DNA from: Geobacter metallireducens GS-15
GTDB taxonomy: Bacteria > Desulfobacterota > Desulfuromonadia > Geobacterales > Geobacteraceae
Length of the DNA: 32,000 nucleotides
Direction: 5' to 3'
NCBI RefSeq assembly: GCF_000012925.1
Contig: NC_007517.1
Location: 2,430,001 to 2,462,000, forward strand
Part shown: piece by piece, positions 16,015-22,719 of the stretch
Layout of the letters: every line of letters starts with the position of its first letter
How positions within the stretch are numbered: the first letter of the stretch is position 1
Program-made: the position numbers and the translations under genes
Notes under the pieces: model-generated
Told to the model about the DNA's origin: nothing
Databases searched by the model: none
Seen by the model: only the letters and a program-made list of their open reading frames with translations

Positions 16015-17340
16015 GGTTCTTCAGGGAATTCCGGGGAAGATTAATAAACAACAACGGCAGCACTGCGGTATCTTGATGGTTCCCCAACCAAAAAAGATCG
16101 CAGGAGGCTGCCGTTGTCGTATTCCGATGTTATCGCAATTGCGGGAGGGTGGGAAGGATATCGTGTTGCTGGGACACGCACTATCGTCACAGGTGATGCC
16201 AAACGGATCGAGGTAGAACTGATTGCCCTGTCCCAGGATGAGATGGTGTGTGGCTCGTGCGGCGGGCGTTGCACAAGCGTCCATGAAACGACCAAGCGCG
16301 TAATTCGAGATTTGCCGATTCTCGATGCTCAGACTTATCTGATCGTTCACCGCCGCAGGCTGCTGTGCCCTCAGTGTGGGCCAACGCTGGAGCGTCTGTC
16401 ATGGCTGGCGAAATACGCCCGCGTGACGCGCAGGCTTGCAGAGAGCGTAGCGCGACTGTGTGGTGTCGTGTCTGTGAAGCACGTGGCGCAGTATCTGGGG
16501 CTTTCTTGGGACCAGGTGAAGGAAATCGACAAGCGCTCACTCACAGAGCGGGTCGGCACCGTCGACCTCTCAAACATCGAAGTTCTCGGGATGGATGAGT
16601 TCGCCCTTCACAAGGGGCACCGCTATGCGACGGTTATCATCGAGCCATACCGTAAGGAAGTCTTATGGATCGGCAAAGGCAGGAGTCGCGAGAGTATCCG
16701 TCCTTTCTTCACGCAGCTTGGCCCACATGGCTGTAAACGGCTCAAAGCGGTCGTGATGGATATGAACGCATCATATGAGGAGGAAATCAAGCAGCACTCG
16801 CCCCAGGCAGACATAGTCTACGACCTGTTCCATGTGGTGGCGAAGTATGGCAGGGAAGTGATCGACAGGGTGCGAGTCGATGAGGCAAACCGCCTGAAGG
16901 AAGACAAGAAGGCACGGAAGGTAGTCAAAACATCGCGGTGGTTGCTGCTACGAAACAGCGAGAACGTCAAGGGCGACGACATGCTTCGCCTCCAGGAACT
17001 GTTGGAGGCAAACCGCAGCCTCCTTACGGTCTACCTGCTCAAAGACGATCTGAAGCAACTGTGGAAGTTTACCTGCATTGAAGAGGCGGGACTATTCTGG
17101 GAGCAGTGGCACCAAAGGGCGATGGAGAGTGGAATACCGCCACTCATCCTGTTTGCCCGCCGGCTAAAGGGCTATCTCCAAGGAATCCTCAACCACTGCC
17201 TCTGGCCCCTTCACACCGGAATCCTCGAAGGCATCAATAACAAGATCAAGGTGATCAAAAGAATGGCCTACGGCTTCCGGGATCACGAATACTTCTTTCT
17301 CAAGATCAGAGCCGCTTTCCCCGGAATTCCCGGATGAACC
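16015..17340 (+). mobile_element. ISL3-family insertion sequence (a different member from the one at 3523), apparently intact
   Basis: Terminal inverted repeats GGTTCTTCAGGGAATTCCGGGGAA (16015-16038) and rc of 17317-17340 GGTTCATCCGGGAATTCCGGGGAA match at 22/24 by hand count. They are flanked by the perfect 8-bp direct repeat TTTCTTTT (16007-16014 and 17341-17348). Confidence 0.9.
16114..17337 (+). CDS. ISL3-family transposase
   Basis: GGAGG lies 6 nt upstream of the TTG start at 16114. Zinc-finger pattern CGSCGG...CPQCG. Central MDEFALHKGHRYATVII and DLFHVVAKYGREVIDRVR. C-terminal HTGILEGINNKIKVIKRMAYGFRDHEYFFLKI. The stop lies inside the right terminal repeat. Confidence 0.9.
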   Translation: MSYSDVIAIAGGWEGYRVAGTRTIVTGDAKRIEVELIALSQDEMVCGSCGGRCTSVHETTKRVIRDLPILDAQTYLIVHRRRLLCPQCGPTLERLSWLAKYARVTRRLAESVARLCGVVSVKHVAQYLGLSWDQVKEIDKRSLTERVGTVDLSNIEVLGMDEFALHKGHRYATVIIEPYRKEVLWIGKGRSRESIRPFFTQLGPHGCKRLKAVVMDMNASYEEEIKQHSPQADIVYDLFHVVAKYGREVIDRVRVDEANRLKEDKKARKVVKTSRWLLLRNSENVKGDDMLRLQELLEANRSLLTVYLLKDDLKQLWKFTCIEEAGLFWEQWHQRAMESGIPPLILFARRLKGYLQGILNHCLWPLHTGILEGINNKIKVIKRMAYGFRDHEYFFLKIRAAFPGIPG

Positions 17341-17377
17341 TTTCTTTTTGCCCCATCTTCCACCGCCGGTTCCCGGG

Positions 17378-17521
17378 AGGGGCGGAGCTCTTGCGGAGAA
17401 GCGATCCCCGCAAAAAACCACCTTCGGTATTGGCGGAGGGAAAGCCTCGGAAACAGCTGTTCACGTGCCACGAAGACCGGCTGGTGACGCTGGATCGCTT
17501 CGGAGCAAGAGCTCCGCCCCT
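17378..17521. repeat. long imperfect inverted repeat (30-nt arms, 84-nt spacer); function unknown
   Basis: Left arm AGGGGCGGAGCTCTTGCGGAGAAGCGATCC (17378-17407) pairs with right arm GGATCGCTTCGGAGCAAGAGCTCCGCCCCT (17492-17521). That is 17 bp, a 3x3 internal mismatch (GGA/GGA), then 10 bp. Confidence 0.8.
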
Positions 17522-17619
17522 GCCCGCCACAATGTGAAATCAGTATTAAAAATATTTTTTTTGACTTTATTCCCCCCACTAAGGCACAAATAGATAACAA
17601 ATTCACAACAGACTCGATA

Positions 17620-17696
17620 CACGACAATACTCAACCATCCGCGAGGATGGGGCGGAAAGCCTACAGGGTCTCCAGCAGACAGCCGGGTTGCCGAAA
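17620..17696 (+). ncRNA. candidate GEMM-I class (c-di-GMP-I / cGAMP) riboswitch aptamer
   Basis: CAACC, then a perfect hairpin CCAUCC-GCGA-GGAUGG (17635-17650), then GGCGGAAAGCC, then an imperfect hairpin CU(A)C(A)GGGUCU-CCAGC-AGAC(AG)CCGGG, then UUGCCGA. Block order and sequence parallel the V. cholerae Vc2 aptamer as I remember it (GCAAACC-AUUC-GAAA-GAGU-GGGACGCAAAGCC...GGGGUUACCGA). No covariance-model search was possible. Confidence 0.6.
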
Positions 17697-17728
17697 TATC
17701 ACTCGATGATAGCGGTCCCGGCTTTTTT
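17681..17728 (+). terminator. intrinsic terminator acting as riboswitch expression platform
   Basis: AGCCGGG (17681-17687) pairs with CCCGGCT (17717-17723), extended by inner stems CCG/CGG and TATCA/TGATA, then a T run (17723-17728). The 5' arm overlaps the 3' strand of the proposed aptamer helix. It lies about 125 nt upstream of the start codon at 17853. Confidence 0.65.
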
Positions 17729-17852
17729 GTGCGCAAAAATCCGGGCAACAACCAGCACAGGGGAGGAATTATTTCAAAAGATGTCACAACGAGGAGAGCA
17801 GTTGTTTTCGGACGAAGAAACGTATCTTCCAAGGAATGGAAAAGGAGTCTGC

Positions 17853-19457
17853 ATGCGAATCATCAGTAAGACATCGGTATTTTTCGCCTTTGCCATGGCA
17901 CTGGCGACATTTCAGCTCTGGCGCGGCGAGGCACAGGCATACCCCGCATACTTCACGGCCAACTGCGCCGGCTGCCACGCCTCACCGGTAGTGGCCACCT
18001 GCAACGGTTGCCATCACCACGGCCCGGTCGGGTTGAAGGGAACCACGGACAAGGCAACCTATGCGCCGGGAGAGGCCGTATCGGTTACCATCAGCGGCGG
18101 AAGCCAGAGCGGCTGGGTCAGGGCCATCCTCTACGATCAGAACAATACGCGCGTTGCCGTATCGAACGGCAATGCCAGCGGCATGGGAAGCGCGACCACC
18201 TTCCCGGCAGTGCTGAGCGCGCCGGCGCCCACGACCCCCGGCACCTACACCTGGAAAGCGGCCTGGTACGGCAACAGCTATGATACCGGCAATGCAACCG
18301 CGGCCGCCCACGGCGAAGTGTCGGTGAACACCAACTCCTTCACCGTCGTGGCCCCCGCTGACACGACTGTTCCCGTGGTCAGCAGCTTTACCCTTCCCGC
18401 CACCACCACCAACCTGACCGTGCCGGTCACGAGCTTCACCGCCACCGACAACGTGGCTGTCACCGGTTACCTGATCACCAAGAGCGCCACTGCCCCGACA
18501 GCGACCACCGCCGGCTGGACAGCCGCCGCACCGGCCACTGTCAGCGCCGCTGCCGGCAAAAACACCTTCTATGCCTGGGCCAAGGACGCGGTGGGGAACG
18601 TCTCTCTTGCCAAAAGCGCCATCGTTACCGTCGTCGGCAAGATCATCTCCAGGGACTTCGATGGCGACGGCAAGACCGACCTAGCCGTGCTGGATCCCCA
18701 GAGCTACAACTGGTTCATTCTGAACAGCGCTACCGGCAAGCAGAATGTCGTGAATTACGGCACCTCCGGCGATATCGCCGTCCCCGGCGACTACGACGGC
18801 GACAAAAAAGCCGATATCGCGGTATGGCGCACCTCTACCGGCACCTGGTACATCACCAACAGCGCCACCGGCGCCCAGAGCGTCGTGAAATTCGGAACGA
18901 CCGGCGACATCCCCGTCCCCGGCGACTACGATGTGGACGGCAAGACCGATATCGCGGTATGGCGACCCTCCAACGGCACCTGGTACGTCATCAACAGCTC
19001 CACCGGCGCCCAGAGCGTCGTGAACTTCGGAACCTCGGGAGATACCCCCGTTGCTGGCGACTATGACGGCGACGGCAAGACTGATATGGCCGTATGGCGC
19101 CCCTCCAACGGCACCTGGTACGTCATCAACAGCTCCACCGGCGCCCAGAGCGTCGTGAAGTACGGGGCAGCCACCGACACCCCCGTCCCCGGCGACTACG
19201 ACGGCGACGGCAAGACCGATATCGCGGTATGGCGCAGCGGCACCTGGTTCATCACGAACAGTGCCACAAAAACGCAAAGTGTCGTCAATTTCGGGACTAC
19301 CGGCGACATCCCGGTTCCGGGCGATTACGACGGTACGGGCAGGACTGAAAGCGCTGTCTGGCGTTCAGCGGAAGGGAACTGGTATATCATGAACGGCATG
19401 ACCGGCGCCCAACGGATCCTTCAGTTGGGGATACCGACCGACAAGCCCATCAAGTAA
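17853..19457 (+). CDS. secreted protein with two CXXCH haem-binding motifs, Ig-like middle domains and C-terminal FG-GAP/VCBS repeat module
   Basis: AAAGGAG lies upstream of ATG 17853; the track ORF starts further upstream at 17688, inside the leader. Signal MRIISKTSVFFAFAMALATFQLWRGEAQA|YP. CAGCH (17964-17978) and CNGCHHH (18000-18020). The T/A/P-rich beta-sandwich-like segments include SFTATDNVAVTGYLI. The last ~267 aa are six DxDxDG repeats. Confidence 0.85.
   Translation: MRIISKTSVFFAFAMALATFQLWRGEAQAYPAYFTANCAGCHASPVVATCNGCHHHGPVGLKGTTDKATYAPGEAVSVTISGGSQSGWVRAILYDQNNTRVAVSNGNASGMGSATTFPAVLSAPAPTTPGTYTWKAAWYGNSYDTGNATAAAHGEVSVNTNSFTVVAPADTTVPVVSSFTLPATTTNLTVPVTSFTATDNVAVTGYLITKSATAPTATTAGWTAAAPATVSAAAGKNTFYAWAKDAVGNVSLAKSAIVTVVGKIISRDFDGDGKTDLAVLDPQSYNWFILNSATGKQNVVNYGTSGDIAVPGDYDGDKKADIAVWRTSTGTWYITNSATGAQSVVKFGTTGDIPVPGDYDVDGKTDIAVWRPSNGTWYVINSSTGAQSVVNFGTSGDTPVAGDYDGDGKTDMAVWRPSNGTWYVINSSTGAQSVVKYGAATDTPVPGDYDGDGKTDIAVWRSGTWFITNSATKTQSVVNFGTTGDIPVPGDYDGTGRTESAVWRSAEGNWYIMNGMTGAQRILQLGIPTDKPIK
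18654..19454 (+). repeat. six tandem FG-GAP/VCBS-type repeats (coding)
   Basis: Same unit again. Repeat 5 is the short form (WRSGTWFITNS). Repeat 6 is the terminal variant GDYDGTGRTESAVWRSAEGNWYIM. Repeats 3 and 4 share a perfect 59-nt stretch (18966-19024 = 19101-19159). Confidence 0.9.
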
Positions 19458-20637
19458 GATTCCGTCTCCCAAGGCCGGCAGAAATGCCGGCCTTTTTTTC
19501 GGCCGGGATTGCCCCGGACAGGAGCACATCACCCCTCCTCTCCCCGCAATGCATTTCGATGAGGTCGAGATACTGTTCAGCTATGGCACCCCAGTCGTAT
19601 TTTTCCCGTATCCTGGCCCGGGCCTTGCCGGCAAGGGCAGCCTTTTCCGGCGCGGTGAGAGATTCGACCCCCTTCAGGAGAGCGGGGATAGTGGAGGATG
19701 ATGAAAAATAGAAACCGATATCCCCCACAACCTCACGGTTGAAGATATTGTCGTGGGCAATGATCAGACTGCCGCAGCCGAGGGCTTCGAGCAGGGAAGG
19801 ATTGGTTCCCCCGACGGAATGGCCATGGAAGCAGGCCCTCGCATGATAGCGAAGAGCCCGCAGTTCTTCCCGGTCGTAAACCCCGCCCACGAGCCTGACG
19901 CGCGACCCCGCCAGCGGTCGGAGTTTTCTTGCATAATCGGTGGTAACCATATGGTTGCCGACAACAACCAGCGGGATCTGCGTTTCGTGGGCGCGGTACC
20001 CTTCGATGATTTCCCGGACATGATTTTCAGGCTCGATGCGGGCGACCACCAGGTAGTACCCTCCGGGCTCAAGATTCCACTTGCGCAGGAGCGAGGCGTC
20101 CGGCGGCACAACCGCAACCGGGGCTCCGTAGGGGATTACGCTGCAGGGGGACGAGAGGCGATGCCGCGATTCGAGGTGAGCCCTTATCCCGTCGGCATCG
20201 GCGATGATCCGGTCGGGAACCCACGTTGACAGCCATTCCATCATTTTGAAGTAGAGCTTTGCCGCGCTGTTCCATTTCCCCCGCGCCCATTCGATCCCGT
20301 CCACATTGAGCCAGACGTCTGTCCCCCACACTTGCGGGATCAGGCAGAAGGGGGCCGCGCCATACCCCAGCATATAGACGACATCGTAGCTGTTGCGGGC
20401 ATGCCACAGGCAGCGCAGGTCGAACAGGACCGTGGTCAGGGGGCCACAGGCGGTTGCCGGGATATGGACGAGCCTGATCCCCCGGTATTCCCGCGGCTGA
20501 TCGGTGCCGTTTGCCTCGCAGTAGACCGTCACCTCGGTTCCCCGGGCGACCAGGCGGAGAGCGAGCTCTTCGGCAAAGGTTTCGAAGCCTCCGTAACGTG
20601 CGGGTATCCCCCGCGTGCCGAGTATGGCCAGTCTCAT
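19450..20637 (-). CDS. GT4-type glycosyltransferase with DUF1972-like N-terminus
   Basis: ATG 20637 follows GGGGAGG. MRLAILGTRGIPARYGGFETFAEELALRL is the typical DUF1972 start. C-half GT1/GT4 motif FHGHSVGGTNPSLLEALGCG. The ORF-track N-terminal extension to 20784 overlaps the upstream gene and is rejected. Confidence 0.85.
   Translation of the reverse strand: MRLAILGTRGIPARYGGFETFAEELALRLVARGTEVTVYCEANGTDQPREYRGIRLVHIPATACGPLTTVLFDLRCLWHARNSYDVVYMLGYGAAPFCLIPQVWGTDVWLNVDGIEWARGKWNSAAKLYFKMMEWLSTWVPDRIIADADGIRAHLESRHRLSSPCSVIPYGAPVAVVPPDASLLRKWNLEPGGYYLVVARIEPENHVREIIEGYRAHETQIPLVVVGNHMVTTDYARKLRPLAGSRVRLVGGVYDREELRALRYHARACFHGHSVGGTNPSLLEALGCGSLIIAHDNIFNREVVGDIGFYFSSSSTIPALLKGVESLTAPEKAALAGKARARIREKYDWGAIAEQYLDLIEMHCGERRGDVLLSGAIPAEKKAGISAGLGRRNLT
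19471..19499 (+). terminator. rho-independent terminator of the dihaem-protein gene
   Basis: AAGGCCGGCA-GAAA-TGCCGGCCTT followed by T7. It has the same stem as the terminators at 11120 and 15983, and lies inside the 3' coding end of the convergent glycosyltransferase ORF. Confidence 0.8.
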
Positions 20638-20642
20638 GGCTG

Positions 20643-21554
20643 TTACCTCCCCGCTACGATAATCTGTGATATGTAGCGAATGCCGAGCCGGTGGAGCCCT
20701 TTGTCGACCGGCGTGAGAAGAAGATTGGCCGTCCCGCGGAGCCGGTTCATGCCGCGGCGCAGGCCGGTCGTGATCCTCTCGCATTTGAATTCTCCCCCCC
20801 GCAGGCTGCTTCGGTCCTTTGCCCGGAAGAAGGTCCCCAGGTAGTGGCGGACAAGCTCATAGGTGCTCATCTGCTCCGCGGCATAGAGGCTCTTCATGCC
20901 GAGGCCGGACAGGCAGGCGTTCAGTGATGCAATGGTGAATCGCGACAGATGGTGCGGGGGATAATCGAGGGGGGGACGCCAGCACATGTTGTTGTTGGGC
21001 GTTGATATGATGATAACCCCGTCATCCTTGAGCAGTTTCAGGACATTTTCCAGAAACGGCCTCACCGCCGGCACATGCTCCAGCACCTCGAAGAGCGTTA
21101 TCACGTCAAAACGCTTTCCCCGGGCGATACACTGGTCAACCGAAAGGGACGAGACCCGGGGACCGAGCCCGAGAGCCTTCTGCCCATAGGCCACGGCCCT
21201 GGTGTTGAAGTCGATTCCATGGGCATCGAATCCCAGGGACAACAGTTTTTTCACGAAGAACCCGTTGAAGCACCCCACATCCAGCACCGCCGCGTTCCCC
21301 GACGGGTACCTCGACCGCAGGAATTCCACGGCGTTCCGGTGATGCCACAGGATGAGATCTTCATGGGTGCTGGCGACCGTCAGATCATCGCAATAATCGG
21401 TGTCGTTTTCGTAGAGGTGCGCGGCAATGGCGGCAGCGGGCGAGCGGAAGCTCTCGTATCCGCACTCCTCGCACCTGACATGGTCATAGGCGCCGTAGGG
21501 GGCAATGCTCTTCATGCTTGTGGAAGCGCAGCACGCGCATTGACGGTCATTCAC
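20643..21554 (-). CDS. class I SAM-dependent methyltransferase with N-terminal zinc-ribbon
   Basis: CACC...CEECG cysteine pairs, then motif I VLDVGCFNGFFVKKLLSLGFDAHGIDFN and ITLFEVLEHV. GTG start at 21554, overlapping the upstream stop by 8 nt. Confidence 0.8.
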   Translation of the reverse strand: MNDRQCACCASTSMKSIAPYGAYDHVRCEECGYESFRSPAAAIAAHLYENDTDYCDDLTVASTHEDLILWHHRNAVEFLRSRYPSGNAAVLDVGCFNGFFVKKLLSLGFDAHGIDFNTRAVAYGQKALGLGPRVSSLSVDQCIARGKRFDVITLFEVLEHVPAVRPFLENVLKLLKDDGVIIISTPNNNMCWRPPLDYPPHHLSRFTIASLNACLSGLGMKSLYAAEQMSTYELVRHYLGTFFRAKDRSSLRGGEFKCERITTGLRRGMNRLRGTANLLLTPVDKGLHRLGIRYISQIIVAGR

Positions 21555-22719
21555 TGTTCAGGCTCCCCTGGTAGCGGCCGAGCGTCAGGTCGGCCAGCCA
21601 CGCTGCGTCATACTTCGTCTCACAGTATCTGCGCGACCGGCTCCTGGCGGCGGTCAGCATCTCCCCATCCACTGCCAGAAGCTTTGCCACGAGGGACTGT
21701 TCGTCCCCTTTCCTGCACAGGTAACCATTCCACCCATCTATCACCGTTTCCCTGCACCCGGGCATGTCGGTGGTCACTATCGCCTTGCCGAGCGCCAGGG
21801 CCTCGATCAGGGAACGGGGCGTCCCTTCCCGGTAGGACGACGGGAGGACCACGATATCGGAGGCAATCATGTAGTCCTTGATATTGTCCTTGAACCCCAG
21901 GTACTTGACGCCGCAGTCAGCGGCATACTGCTCCATCCCCTCCTTGCTGATCCTTCGGGCGGCGTCGGCATCGACGAGCCCCAGGTGCAGGAATGCATAG
22001 GCGTCCGGCTCCAGGGCGTTGATGGTCTTTGCCGCCCGGTAAAATTCGAAGAACCCCTTTTCCGGTACCCCCCGGGCGGGAAAGAGCGCCACCTTGCGGC
22101 CGCGCAGGTCGACTCCCAGCTCAGCACCCAGCATTGCCCTGGCCCGCGCGATTTCTTCCGTGGACGGGAGCCGGTATTCGTCGAGGTCCAGCCCCGAGCC
22201 GTAGGTCAACACGGCTTTTCCAGCCCCCACGAGCTTTTTCGATACGAAATACTCCATGTCGTCCGGATTCTGGAAAAAGACCGTATCCACGAAACCGAGC
22301 GCGAATTTGTACTGGGCGAGGAGGAGATAGCGCATCAATCGGGTCTTGGGATCATCATGGACGAACAGGGAGCCAAGTCCCGTTATGGTGATGAATATCC
22401 CCTTCACGCCGGCGAGCCGGGCAGCAATGGACCCGAGGATTGCCGGCTTATGGGTGAAATTGTGGACCACATCCGGCTTCAGGCGCCTGACCATGGCATA
22501 GAGTGCCCTGAACAACCGCACGTTGCTGAGGGGGGAGACCGAATGCCGCGCGAAATCGAGTTGGAGCGGATGCACCCCCAGTGCGTTCAGGGGCTCGAAG
22601 TACCGGCTGGCCGCGCTGATGGAATCAACCTCGTGGCCGCAGGCGACCAGCCTGTTGATGATCGGTTTGCGGAACACATAGAGCGCGCCGTCGGTATTGC
22701 AGATCATGAGCACTTTCAT
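21547..22719 (-). CDS. GT4-family glycosyltransferase
   Basis: ATG 22719 forms an ATGA overlap with the asnB-like stop. MKVLMICNTDGALYVFRKPII..., C-half VVLPSSYREGTPRSLIEALALGKAIVTTDMPGCRE (E-x7-E type motif). The upstream extension in the ORF track is rejected. Confidence 0.85.
   Translation of the reverse strand: MKVLMICNTDGALYVFRKPIINRLVACGHEVDSISAASRYFEPLNALGVHPLQLDFARHSVSPLSNVRLFRALYAMVRRLKPDVVHNFTHKPAILGSIAARLAGVKGIFITITGLGSLFVHDDPKTRLMRYLLLAQYKFALGFVDTVFFQNPDDMEYFVSKKLVGAGKAVLTYGSGLDLDEYRLPSTEEIARARAMLGAELGVDLRGRKVALFPARGVPEKGFFEFYRAAKTINALEPDAYAFLHLGLVDADAARRISKEGMEQYAADCGVKYLGFKDNIKDYMIASDIVVLPSSYREGTPRSLIEALALGKAIVTTDMPGCRETVIDGWNGYLCRKGDEQSLVAKLLAVDGEMLTAARSRSRRYCETKYDAAWLADLTLGRYQGSLNSE

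Noticed and set aside
17334-17832. Several 67-123-aa ORFs on both strands in the leader upstream of the haem-protein gene, including the track start at 17688.
   Set aside because: They overlap the inverted repeat, the riboswitch-like element and its terminator. There is no RBS, while a strong RBS and signal peptide begin at 17853.
11040-19457. A possible C-terminal sorting signal (PEP-CTERM, LPXTG, T9SS or autotransporter) on the three FG-GAP proteins. This was prompted by the AsnB-type amidotransferase, which is sometimes linked to exosortase loci.
   Set aside because: The proteins end ...FQPVK, ...NQPVK and ...DKPIK directly after the last repeat. There is no hydrophobic helix or basic tail and no PEP or LPXTG motif, and no exosortase or sortase gene is in the window.
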